Positions 9,103 to 19,008 are shown, counted from the first letter of the stretch. The stretch: 64,000 nt of DNA from Obrimoposthia wandeli (GCA_977020255.1 CDROCS010003797.1:124001-188000); one strand, 5' to 3'. Numbers and translations are program-made. The notes: generated from the letters alone by a model not told the origin.

Positions 9103-9978
9103 ATGTTTCATATTACACACCAACAAATCCGACACTTTACTTTCTTATTACTTTTCTCACTAGATATCAATGCTAATCAAGCGTTAGCATCAAAGCCTAC
9201 GTCAGAAAAACCACCATTACAGCTTGCAAGCTCTTACCAAAAAAATATCATCATTAAAGATTACTGGGTCAGTGAAAAGCTTGATGGTGTTCGAGGGTAT
9301 TGGACCGGAAAAGCATTATTCACCAGAAGCGGTAACGCATTATCACCACCATTATGGTTTATTGAAAATTGGCCTAAAACGGCTATGGATGGTGAATTAT
9401 GGAGTAAACGTGGTGAGTTCGATAAAATCAGCGGTTGCGTACGAAGAAAAACCTCCGATGGTGAATGTTGGAAGAGTCTAAAATTGATGGTTTTTGACCT
9501 GCCCAATCAGGCCGGTAGCTTTTCAGTTCGTATTCCTCTCATCAAAAAATTAATAAATGAGAGTCAATCTGAGTACCTGGCAATGATCCCGCAAAAAAAA
9601 ATAGTCAACCATGCAGATTTATATGCCCTGCTAGATGACGTTGTCAAACATAGCGGTGAAGGACTGATGCTCCACCTTGCTAAAGCCAACTATCAACCAG
9701 GGCGTAGCAAAAACGTTTTGAAACTAAAACAATATCAAGACGCTGAAGCTGTGGTGATCGCACATATGCCAGGTAAAGGTAAGTATCGCGGTCTACTTGG
9801 TGCTATTAAGGTAAGAACAACAGAAGGAGTTATCTTTAAAATAGGCAGCGGTTTTTCCGACCAACAACGTCGACAGCCGCCAAAAATAGGCAGTGTAATA
9901 AGCTATAAATACATTGGTAAAACAAAGCGAGGTGTGCCAAGATTTGCCAGCTTTCTTCGAATTAGAAATAAACATTAA
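9103..9978 (+). CDS. Minimal ATP-dependent DNA ligase with N-terminal signal-like peptide (Lig E type)
   Basis: Motif I SEKLDGVR, MDGELW, EGLMLH, LKLK and C-terminal OB domain with PRFASFLRIR; hydrophobic N-terminus ending ANQALA; good RBS. Confidence 0.9.
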   Translation: MFHITHQQIRHFTFLLLFSLDINANQALASKPTSEKPPLQLASSYQKNIIIKDYWVSEKLDGVRGYWTGKALFTRSGNALSPPLWFIENWPKTAMDGELWSKRGEFDKISGCVRRKTSDGECWKSLKLMVFDLPNQAGSFSVRIPLIKKLINESQSEYLAMIPQKKIVNHADLYALLDDVVKHSGEGLMLHLAKANYQPGRSKNVLKLKQYQDAEAVVIAHMPGKGKYRGLLGAIKVRTTEGVIFKIGSGFSDQQRRQPPKIGSVISYKYIGKTKRGVPRFASFLRIRNKH

Positions 9979-10024
9979 TCCGCTCTAAAAAACTAACCTA
10001 CGGGTCACGCTAAGGCATAAAATT

Positions 10025-10639
10025 ATGGAACTTCACTTATGGTTATCACTTGTTGTTATTTGTATTCTTGGTGCACTTTCTCCTGGCCCTAGTCTCGCTT
10101 TAGTGATCAAAAACACTTTGAACGGTGGGGCAGCACAAGGATACGCTACCGCAATAAGTCATGGCTTGGGGGTAGCGCTATATGCTGCTATTACCGCGAC
10201 TGGCATTGGTTTACTCATCGTACAATCACCAGTGCTATTCTCAGCAATAAAATACGCCGGTGCTGCTTTTCTTTTATATTTGGGTATAAAAGCCTTAATG
10301 AGCAAAAAGCAGAACCTGCAGTTTTCTCAGCAAGATGGTGTATTGGACCCAACGATAAATGGCTGGCGAGATGGCTTTTTAATTGCCTTTTTAAATCCTA
10401 AATTAGCTATTTTCTTTCTCGCTTTATTTAGTCAGTTTGTGCAACCAGATGCGGGTTGGCAACAAAAAGCAGTGATGACCGCAACCGTCGGCAGTATTGA
10501 TATGCTGTGGTATGTCATTATTGCTTTTGCCATGTCACGTGGCCCGATACTAGATAAGTTAAAAGCCAATAGTCATATTGTTGATAGAGTCACCGGCAGT
10601 TTTTTGATTTTATTAGCCGCGCGTGTTGTACTAAATTAA
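10025..10639 (+). CDS. LysE/RhtB family amino-acid exporter
   Basis: LSPGPSLALV, YAGAAFLLYLG, FLNPKLAIFF motifs. Confidence 0.92.
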   Translation: MELHLWLSLVVICILGALSPGPSLALVIKNTLNGGAAQGYATAISHGLGVALYAAITATGIGLLIVQSPVLFSAIKYAGAAFLLYLGIKALMSKKQNLQFSQQDGVLDPTINGWRDGFLIAFLNPKLAIFFLALFSQFVQPDAGWQQKAVMTATVGSIDMLWYVIIAFAMSRGPILDKLKANSHIVDRVTGSFLILLAARVVLN

Positions 10640-10735
10640 ATCGAAAACAATCACTTACCTGATGCGTTAGCTTGAGTCACTTAATGGCACAAGCTAACTT
10701 AGTGTCTTATACCAAGTTGATTAATAGCAAATCTA

Positions 10736-11629
10736 TTAAGTATTAGGCTTGTATATAAAGTACAGGCACTTTAGCCCTTTCCCTTGATAAGCTTCTTTGA
10801 ACACTTCTGCGGTATCAACCTGATACTGAAATATACATTCAGGACACTCTCTAGCAACTTCTGTTATTAAAAATTCCTCACTAAGGTCAGGAGAGTTTAA
10901 GCACAGCAGAACATCGCCATTTTCCGACATAATATCAGGTAAACGACGAATGATTTTTTTATAGTCTCTTTCAATATCCACACTGCCCTTTTGAAAAGAA
11001 GGCGGATCAGAAACCAACAATTGATATGGCCCATGTTTTTTCAAACGACCATAAGATTTAAAAATATCGACGCCTTCAAATACAACCTGAGTCAAGTCTT
11101 GCTTATTCAAGCGATGATTTTCACGGCCTTTCGCCAATGAGCTTTTGCTCATATCAACATTAACAACTTTCGTTGCATCACCCGCTAAAGCCGCGACAGA
11201 AAAAGCACAGGTATAAGAGAATAAATTTAGCACTCGTTTATTTTTACTGTGCTCTTTAACCCATTTACGACCATGACTCATATCTAAAAATAAACCTGAG
11301 TTTTGTGCTTTGCCTAAACTAATATGATATTTCAATCCGTGCTCTAACGCATGAAGATTAGTTATTTCCTGACCCCAAAGCAATTCACAAGGGGCAAATT
11401 TACGGCAGCGATATTGTACTTGGACCGATTGACATTTATCGGTAAGCGCTTGTAATTTTAGCACCTGCTCCGCCAACCAATCAGATTCAACTTCCTGATA
11501 CAAAGTGATCAGTATGACCGGTTCGAACCAGTCAACATTGACATGTGATAAACCAGAATAAGCATGACCACGACCATGGAATAGTCGCTGACTTTCAGTG
11601 AAGTCATTTGCTTGGATAAATTCAATCAT
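10736..11629 (-). CDS. Class I SAM-dependent methyltransferase related to the RlmI/RlmK catalytic domain
   Basis: SGLFLDM, RVLNLFSYTCAFSVAA, VNVDMS, SDPPSF; no N-terminal PUA domain apparent. Confidence 0.85.
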   Translation of the reverse strand: MIEFIQANDFTESQRLFHGRGHAYSGLSHVNVDWFEPVILITLYQEVESDWLAEQVLKLQALTDKCQSVQVQYRCRKFAPCELLWGQEITNLHALEHGLKYHISLGKAQNSGLFLDMSHGRKWVKEHSKNKRVLNLFSYTCAFSVAALAGDATKVVNVDMSKSSLAKGRENHRLNKQDLTQVVFEGVDIFKSYGRLKKHGPYQLLVSDPPSFQKGSVDIERDYKKIIRRLPDIMSENGDVLLCLNSPDLSEEFLITEVARECPECIFQYQVDTAEVFKEAYQGKGLKCLYFIYKPNT

Positions 11630-11646
11630 GATATGAGCCTAGCTAC

Positions 11647-11686
11647 AAAAAAATAAGGCCGGATAATAACAAATTATCCGGCCTTA
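11647..11686 (-). terminator. Intrinsic terminator after the NSS transporter gene
   Basis: TAAGGCCGGATAAT-N5-ATTATCCGGCCTTA perfect 14-bp stem followed by T7 on the minus strand. Confidence 0.85.
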
Positions 11687-11745
11687 GGGGTTATTTAACT
11701 GCGATTAATCACTTTAAATAGTCATTTACTCATATTATTTAAAAG

Positions 11746-13176
11746 TTAGAAACCAAAGATTTTGTAGTCAAAGAACTTCTGCGCAACCGTATTGATAAAA
11801 ATACTAAAAACAATCAGTGGAATAAAAGTCCCTAGAGAAAAGTTAATATATTTTTCAACCCATGAACCTTTGTAGTTCTCATTTCCAATGGCGAGTTCCT
11901 CAGATAAATTAAGCTTTTTCCAACGATAACTGACGAATACACACAGTAAAAAACCATTCAACGGTAAAATAGTATCGTAGAAAATATCATAAATAACATC
12001 AAAGAACGAACGTGAACCACCTGCGTATGACGTAAATTCAGTAAAAAATGACACCATACCAAACGATAAGGTTGCAAAGACAGTTAATACACCCGCTGTC
12101 ATCAATAATATTGATAATGCTTTCTTACGGCTGTGTTTCTTTTCTGTGACTAAATAAGAAACAGGCACCTCTAAAATAGAGACCAATGACGTTATCGCGG
12201 CAAAGAACACTAAAGTAAAGAAAAATACGGCAACAGCACTCGCGCCGATATAACCGATAGATGTTTGTAATGCTAAAAATATTTTCGGTAAAAAAGTAAA
12301 TATTAATGATACCGAACTATCACTTAATTCCGCGGGATTAACATTAGGGTTAAAAGAAAATACCGCGGGCAAAATCATTAAACCTGCGGTAAACGCTACT
12401 GCAGTATCCGTTAAAGCAACTAGTTTAGCTGAACCGACTATATCGGTTTTACGGTTAATATAAGAGCCATAAGTGATTAAAATACCCATACCTAATGAGA
12501 GTGAGAAAAACGCTTGCGATAATGCTCCATTAATCACGGCGGGTGTCAATTTAGAGACATCAGGAATTAAAAAGAACTTAACCCCAGCCATAGCGTTATC
12601 TAATGTTAAAACATAAATAACCATGATCAGTAACATAAAAAATAATGTTGGCATCAATATTTTTGACGCTCGTTCAATACCGTCTTTTACACCAGCAACA
12701 AGAATAAAATTGATAATTGCCGCAACAACAACCATTCCCGCAAATAAGTAAGGGCTATTAACAAATTCACCAAAGCCATTACTACTAGCCAAGTAATCTA
12801 AGTTACCTGTTAGCGTTAAAACAATGTAACCGAAAATCCATACTGTCAGCACCATATAAAATACAGCAATCATAAAAGGGGTTAATACACCAAGAAAGCC
12901 CGCAGCCCCCCAAGCTCTACTACCACCACTTAAGGTTTTATAAGCTCCGACAGGTTCCTTTGCTGTTTTTCGCCCAACCGCCATTTCAGCAATCATGACA
13001 GGTAAACAAATAAGAAAAACAAAAAGAGCGTACATTAACAAAAATGCACCACCACCATTTTTGGCGGCATTCACAGGAAAGCCAACCAAATTACCAATAC
13101 CAACTGCTGAGCCAGCAGCAGCTAAAATGAACCCTAAACGGGAACTAAAATGCTCTCTTTCTTTACTCATAAACAT
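11746..13176 (-). CDS. Sodium-dependent transporter, NSS/SNF family
   Basis: RLGFILAAAGSAVGIGN, NGGGAFL, QAFFSLSLGMG, ITYGSY, FAAITSLVSILE; about 12 TM segments. Confidence 0.92.
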   Translation of the reverse strand: MFMSKEREHFSSRLGFILAAAGSAVGIGNLVGFPVNAAKNGGGAFLLMYALFVFLICLPVMIAEMAVGRKTAKEPVGAYKTLSGGSRAWGAAGFLGVLTPFMIAVFYMVLTVWIFGYIVLTLTGNLDYLASSNGFGEFVNSPYLFAGMVVVAAIINFILVAGVKDGIERASKILMPTLFFMLLIMVIYVLTLDNAMAGVKFFLIPDVSKLTPAVINGALSQAFFSLSLGMGILITYGSYINRKTDIVGSAKLVALTDTAVAFTAGLMILPAVFSFNPNVNPAELSDSSVSLIFTFLPKIFLALQTSIGYIGASAVAVFFFTLVFFAAITSLVSILEVPVSYLVTEKKHSRKKALSILLMTAGVLTVFATLSFGMVSFFTEFTSYAGGSRSFFDVIYDIFYDTILPLNGFLLCVFVSYRWKKLNLSEELAIGNENYKGSWVEKYINFSLGTFIPLIVFSIFINTVAQKFFDYKIFGF

Positions 13177-13383
13177 CCTTCATTGTAATTTTTCAGGGCT
13201 AATAATTATAATTTTTACTACACAGCGCCCGTTTTTATTGAGGTAATTTGCTCTAATAACTGACCGATGCTAGCAGGCTTTTTTGATAATGTCTTGTTTT
13301 GATAAAAGCCAGTGCTATAGCAATACTTAATCAAGTGTATAATATTTATTGCAGTGGTTTGCCAGTCGCTAATAAGAGCAATT

Positions 13384-14229
13384 TTATGATCTATAGAATT
13401 TCCCATTCATGATGCTGAGGATGTTTTCTGTTTCAATAGTGGCGAAGTCTGCTGCGTCTTCTAAGTCATCGGTAGAGACATTCAACGACTGACATAGTGT
13501 GCTATCCATACTTTCGTCATAGCTAAACATGTCTGGATGGCATTCAACTAATGCCAAACGCGATGCTAAGTACAACACTTTGACATCTTTATTAATTTGA
13601 ATATTATTGGCATTATTATAGTGACGAATAGGCAGAATTATCTTTTCTGGGATCTGCCAAATTTTAAGTAGTTCAGCAGAAACCTCTGTATAGGTAAAAC
13701 CCAGCACTTGCTTTTGCAATTGCCATGGTAACAAGTCTTCATGATATGCTTCACATTGCTTCGCCAACTCTGGAGAAATTTTGGCAACAATAAGCTCACC
13801 AAAATTTTGCAGCAAGCCCGCAACAAATAAACGCTCTATATCTCGAATACCTGCTGTAATAGCTAAATTTTTAGTCGCTAAAGCACAAAAAACACTCATG
13901 TGCCAAAACCGTTTTACATCTATCGATTCATTCGTAAAGTGTTTAAATGCGATAGCGGCAACATCAACCAATATCATGTTGTATATAGCTTGCGTACCAA
14001 TAATCGTAATAGCACGTGAAATAGTACTGATTTCTCCTGGGAAGCTGTAGACTGCGCTATTAGCCAACTTAAGTAAGCGCGAGGTCATCGATGGGTCAAT
14101 ACTGATCACATTAGCGAAGTCTTCTATTGTAGAGTCAACATCTTCCATTAAAGCTTTAACTTTAAAACAGGCATCGGGTAGCGCGAAAGAGCCGTTTGCT
14201 TGCATTGCATATTCAAGAGCATTCATCAA
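13384..14229 (-). CDS. Stand-alone HDOD domain protein (paralogue of 4633-5481)
   Basis: DPSMTSRLLKLANSAVY, TISRAITIIG, AGLLQNFG, LLKIWQIP. Confidence 0.88.
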   Translation of the reverse strand: MMNALEYAMQANGSFALPDACFKVKALMEDVDSTIEDFANVISIDPSMTSRLLKLANSAVYSFPGEISTISRAITIIGTQAIYNMILVDVAAIAFKHFTNESIDVKRFWHMSVFCALATKNLAITAGIRDIERLFVAGLLQNFGELIVAKISPELAKQCEAYHEDLLPWQLQKQVLGFTYTEVSAELLKIWQIPEKIILPIRHYNNANNIQINKDVKVLYLASRLALVECHPDMFSYDESMDSTLCQSLNVSTDDLEDAADFATIETENILSIMNGKFYRS

Positions 14230-14285
14230 TTCAACTGTCCTTATTTAACATCACATACTATTCTACGTGAACACGAAATTTTGAG

Positions 14286-15977
14286 TTACTGCGCAAATGT
14301 AACACCAAAAAAGTCACCTTTATGCCACTGAGGACGCTCATTTTTATTCGCTATTTCCAAGCCTATCATCATATTAACTAGCGCAAAATTAGCCGCTGCA
14401 TCATAATTTATTGGTAGCGTAATCTCGTCACTATGTTGATGATAATGGTTTTTCAAAAAGTCACCAAAAACAGCACCACCGTCAATATTCTCATCAGTGG
14501 ATTTAAAGCCAGTCATTAAAAATACTGATGGAATGCCCGCTTTAACAAAGCTGTAGTGGTCGCTACGCGTGAAAAGTGCTTGCTCCGGCATCGGATCTTC
14601 ACTGAGCTCTATATCGATTTTATTTGCCGCTGTAGCAACTATTTCACCCAGTGTAGAATGGGTAGAACCAAACGCGATAACATCGGCAAAGGGATAGAGA
14701 ATCAGCGGCATATCTAAGTTTACGTTTGCAACTAATTGCGTCACAGGTAAGGTTGGGTTATTGGCAAAATAGCTAGAGCCAAGTAAACCTTTTTCTTCAC
14801 CTGTCACCACAACAAATAACACTGAACGTTTTGGTTTTGTTGGCATCTGGGCTAATAATCGTGCGGTTTCTAGTAAAATGGCAACGCCTGATGCGTTATC
14901 TAGTGCACCATTATTAATGGTATCGTCATCACCATCCTTTGAGCTTATGCCGATATGGTCCAAATGAGCACTAAAGACGACGTATTCATTTTTTAACTCG
15001 CTATCGCTACCTTCGATGCTGGCAATAATATTAGGGCTAGTGATCTGTTCATGGCGAGAGCGATTCTTTAATGTCATCTTGTAAGGCAATGCAAAACCTT
15101 TAATGGCACTGTTGTTAATATCAGCCGCATAAATATCATCTAAAGTACGTACCGCACCTTCAAATAAAGCTTTTGCAGCATCGTGTTGAATATATGCTCC
15201 AGCAATAAGACCTGCTTGCTGTCCAAAAGGTACGTCGTCTTTAGTTAACCAATGCAAGCGTGGTGCGTTAGCACTTTCAGCCGACTTTGCAAAACTGCGT
15301 ACTTTTTCACGCTTTGGCGTATGCAGAGTAATAAAGCCAATAGCACCATGCTCTGCAGCATGACGACTTTTCTCTGCATTTGAACCAATGTGCGCGCCTT
15401 CTTCAGACGGCAAATCGTCAGGTCTGCCGGTTAACGCCACGACAATTTTTCCTTCGACATCAATATTTTCGTAGTCGTTATAGCCGAACTCTTCAGATAT
15501 AACGCCATAACCAACAAAAACAGTTGCTGCGGTTATAGCCACTTCATTATCAACACTCGAACCTGAGGTAATAAAATCTGTTGCATAATCTAATGTCACA
15601 TTACCTTTAAGCCCATGGATCGTAGCGGCGGCAGAGCCGTCAACTAAATAAGTTTTACGAAAACGAACTTGTTGCTCAAAGCGTTTATCATCGCCTGCTG
15701 CATTAGCCCCTTTTGGCGTCAGTCCAAGCTGTTTGAAATACGATTTCACGTAATTAGCGGCAATTTGATAGCCATTACTTCCTGTATCTCTTCCTTGCAA
15801 GGTATCATCCGCTAGAAAGGCAATATGGGCCTTAATATTCTCAGCATTAACTTGATGAGGTACTTCTTCAGTGATCACTTGCACAACAGGAGCTGATTTA
15901 TTGCAAGCAAATAAGCTCAAAGCAGAAAAAGCAACGATACTAATTTTTTGGATTATCTTCGATGGGAGTATATTCAT
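14286..15977 (-). CDS. M28-family metallopeptidase lipoprotein with PA domain (ORF track extends to 16043; ATG at 15977 preferred)
   Basis: Lipobox SLFAC, SAHLDH, NGALDNASG, GEEKGLLGS, NLDM, RSDHYSF, YHQHSD zinc-ligand motifs. Confidence 0.9.
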   Translation of the reverse strand: MNILPSKIIQKISIVAFSALSLFACNKSAPVVQVITEEVPHQVNAENIKAHIAFLADDTLQGRDTGSNGYQIAANYVKSYFKQLGLTPKGANAAGDDKRFEQQVRFRKTYLVDGSAAATIHGLKGNVTLDYATDFITSGSSVDNEVAITAATVFVGYGVISEEFGYNDYENIDVEGKIVVALTGRPDDLPSEEGAHIGSNAEKSRHAAEHGAIGFITLHTPKREKVRSFAKSAESANAPRLHWLTKDDVPFGQQAGLIAGAYIQHDAAKALFEGAVRTLDDIYAADINNSAIKGFALPYKMTLKNRSRHEQITSPNIIASIEGSDSELKNEYVVFSAHLDHIGISSKDGDDDTINNGALDNASGVAILLETARLLAQMPTKPKRSVLFVVVTGEEKGLLGSSYFANNPTLPVTQLVANVNLDMPLILYPFADVIAFGSTHSTLGEIVATAANKIDIELSEDPMPEQALFTRSDHYSFVKAGIPSVFLMTGFKSTDENIDGGAVFGDFLKNHYHQHSDEITLPINYDAAANFALVNMMIGLEIANKNERPQWHKGDFFGVTFAQ

Positions 15978-16244
15978 GATTTCTCTTAACATATACCGAC
16001 TGAACTCTGGATGATTCATTAGCGAAAGAAACCATAAATTCATCGATATTATTATTTTTATAATGGATGCCAGTTTTATTAACTACAGTCGCTAAACATC
16101 AGCCTAATAAATACCTGCGGACACTATATCGGCTGTTATCTTAAAAAACTAGCAATTGAGAGTAAAAGTCAATCGAGGCTAAATGACAGGCTGTTGTTAA
16201 AACTTTGCACTGCGCTATTATTCAATGGAAACAACAGCGACGCA

Positions 16245-16384
16245 TATATCCAAACCACTTGAGGATGTAGTTTCAGCGCTTTGCTCCCTTCGGGCAAAGC
16301 GATAAAGGGTATTTGACATAGCTTAGTTTGAGCGACTCGCTATCACCTTTTACTAGCACCGAAATCGACATAAGCTTTCGATTG
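16245..16384 (+). repeat. Degenerate one-ended copy of the TATACCC-terminated repeat family
   Basis: 16245-16280 matches the reverse complement of 25947-25982 at 31/36; 16283-16310 matches the reverse complement of 25639-25666 at 24/28. Confidence 0.8.
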
Positions 16385-16428
16385 AAAATAAATTAAAAAC
16401 TTTAACAGGGAAAAGTTAACGTGAAAAT

Positions 16429-19008
16429 TTAGCAATTACTCAATAAGAACTTTTCAATTTCATCACCAGGTAAAGGCTTGTAGTAATAATAACCTTGACC
16501 ATAAATACATCCCATACTTCTTAATAAATCAGCGTCAGCTTGGTTTTCGATGCCTTCACCAACGGTAGCCATATTTAAATTAGCAGCTAAATCAATGATA
16601 GTTTTAATAATCGCTTGATGATTTCCACGCTCGTAAACATTTTCAATAAAAGATCGATCAATTTTCAATACATCCATAGGGAAACGGTGCAAATAGCTTA
16701 AACTCGAATAACCGGTACCAAAATCATCTAATAATATTTTTACACCCATTTTTTTTAGTGCTCGCATATTATCTAGTACTACATCATTGTTTTCGAGTAA
16801 TGCACGCTCAGTCAGCTCAACTCGAACTTGATGTGGTTGCACACCTGTTTTATCAATAATAGCTTTAATGTCTTGGGGTAAGCTTAAATTAAAGAAATGA
16901 TTACAATAAAAGTTACAACTCACATAAAGATGCTCTAAACCTAAGCGTTCTTGCCATAGTTTCAATTGACGGCATGACTTCTCTAAAATTTGTAAATCTA
17001 TCGCCATAACCAAGTTGGTTTCTTCAGCTAACGGGATAAAATCATCTGGAAATACAAAACCACGCTTTTCACTTTGCCATCTGGCTAAGGCTTCAAAACC
17101 AATTATTTTACCATCACTCATTTGTACGATAGGTTGGAAATAAGGTGTAAACTCTTTTTTATCAATAGCTTCTCGAATATCCGTTTCTAGTGACAAAGCA
17201 TTTTGCACTTTAGTGTGCATACTTGAGTCAAAAACTTCGTAACGGCCTTTACCCTTATCTTTAGCATGATACATCGCGATATCAGCATCTCTGAGCATGT
17301 TATCAGCGCTATCATAGCGTTCGTTATTAAACAGCACCCCGATACTAGTGCCAATAAACACAGACTGATTTTCAATGCAAAATGGTGATGCTAATAATTT
17401 TGTTATTCGATTAGCAATATCGTAGGCTTCGTCGTTGCTATCAAGATCTTCAACTAATATAACAAACTCGTCGCCACCTAAACGTGCCACAGTATCCGTA
17501 TCACGTATAACTTCAATCAACGAAGCGGCAATCGCTTTTAATAATTTATCACCTGCATGATGGCCTAAGCTGTCGTTAACTATTTTAAAACGGTCTAAAT
17601 CAAGAAACAAAACCGCAAATTTACTGTCTGGTCGGCGAATATTACAAGCAATGGCGTGATTTAATAAATCAATGAAGACCGCTCGATTGGGTAAGCCAGT
17701 TAAAATATCGTGTGAAGCTGCATGCTTAAGCTTTTCTTCCGCCTCTTTACGTTGTTTTATTTCTTCCTCTAGCGCTACCGTGCGCAGTTTTACTTGATGC
17801 TCTAGTAGCTCATGCGCTTTACGTTTATAGTCAGAAATTTCACGACGCTGCATGGCTGATGCCACATGCCGAGAAACAAAACGTAATAATTCGGCGTCTT
17901 GTTCAGTAAAAAAAACTGACTGTTGATAGCTTTGCAGCACCATAGCGCCAAGCACTTCACCTGACTCAATCAAAGGCACCCCAAGCCAAGAAACTACTTC
18001 AGCTTCAGGTTTAATAGTTATGCCTTGATAATGTAAATCCAGCATACCTTGGCGGTCTAACAATACAGTTTCACCACTTTTAAGAACTAACTCAGTAAAG
18101 CGATTCGACAATTTTCTGGGCTTGAAAAAATCCGTGTTGGTGCTATTTTTTTGATCGAGAAAGTAAGCAAAAAATAACTCGTCGTCTACCGAGTTATACT
18201 TGGCAATATAAAAGTTTTCAGCGTTGATTAGCTGACCAACAATGTTATGAACCATACTATAAAAGGTGTTGATATCTAAGTCAGGATCATTAGTCAGCTC
18301 AGAAATGCGATATAAAGACTCTTGCAATAGTTCAGATTTCTCTCGATCACGAATTTGTTGCATTAATTCTCGTGTCCGCGCATCTACCGCTGCTTGTAAG
18401 CGTTCTCGATCTTGTAGTCGAGTCAGTGCAGTAACAATGTGTTGAGCAGTAAATGCCAATAAATCTCGTTCTGCATCTTGATAACGAGTTTCCGCTGAAT
18501 AGCTTTGTACAACCATAACACCAATGACAAAGCTGTCATGCATCAAAGGTACGCCAAGCCAATCGATACCCGCAGTTCCTATTCCTACCGTATCAATTTT
18601 ATTATCTTGCTCTAATTGCTTAATCACCTCAGGCGTCGCAAGCAGTGCCTTACCCGTCTCAATAACATAGTTAGTCATTGAACCTTTAAAATCACTTAAA
18701 GGGAAAATACGTTGTTCTATAACATCTTTTTCATCAACGTGATAAACAAACTCTAAGGTGGAGAATGTTTGATCATAAAGTACGATATAGAAGTTATTAG
18801 CGCTCATTACCGCGGCAATAGAGTGATGCACTTGTTCAAAAAAACGACTTAAATTTGCACAGTCAACAGAAAGCTGATTAAGAGTAAATAAGGCTGTATA
18901 ACGATCTTCAAGCTTTTGGTACTTGTTCAGCAAAGCAATTGATTCTTTTGCTAGATCGGCATTCGAGTTAGCTAATGGGTCAGTCAACTTTTTCACCATG
19001 CTACGCAT
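16429..19008 (-). CDS. GAF-GAF-GGDEF-EAL c-di-GMP metabolism protein
   Basis: Two GAF repeats (NFYI...WLGVPL...QSY), DLDRFK, RDTD-x5-GGDEF, GFEALARW, DDFGTGYSSL, EGIE. Confidence 0.93.
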   Translation of the reverse strand: MRSMVKKLTDPLANSNADLAKESIALLNKYQKLEDRYTALFTLNQLSVDCANLSRFFEQVHHSIAAVMSANNFYIVLYDQTFSTLEFVYHVDEKDVIEQRIFPLSDFKGSMTNYVIETGKALLATPEVIKQLEQDNKIDTVGIGTAGIDWLGVPLMHDSFVIGVMVVQSYSAETRYQDAERDLLAFTAQHIVTALTRLQDRERLQAAVDARTRELMQQIRDREKSELLQESLYRISELTNDPDLDINTFYSMVHNIVGQLINAENFYIAKYNSVDDELFFAYFLDQKNSTNTDFFKPRKLSNRFTELVLKSGETVLLDRQGMLDLHYQGITIKPEAEVVSWLGVPLIESGEVLGAMVLQSYQQSVFFTEQDAELLRFVSRHVASAMQRREISDYKRKAHELLEHQVKLRTVALEEEIKQRKEAEEKLKHAASHDILTGLPNRAVFIDLLNHAIACNIRRPDSKFAVLFLDLDRFKIVNDSLGHHAGDKLLKAIAASLIEVIRDTDTVARLGGDEFVILVEDLDSNDEAYDIANRITKLLASPFCIENQSVFIGTSIGVLFNNERYDSADNMLRDADIAMYHAKDKGKGRYEVFDSSMHTKVQNALSLETDIREAIDKKEFTPYFQPIVQMSDGKIIGFEALARWQSEKRGFVFPDDFIPLAEETNLVMAIDLQILEKSCRQLKLWQERLGLEHLYVSCNFYCNHFFNLSLPQDIKAIIDKTGVQPHQVRVELTERALLENNDVVLDNMRALKKMGVKILLDDFGTGYSSLSYLHRFPMDVLKIDRSFIENVYERGNHQAIIKTIIDLAANLNMATVGEGIENQADADLLRSMGCIYGQGYYYYKPLPGDEIEKFLLSNC

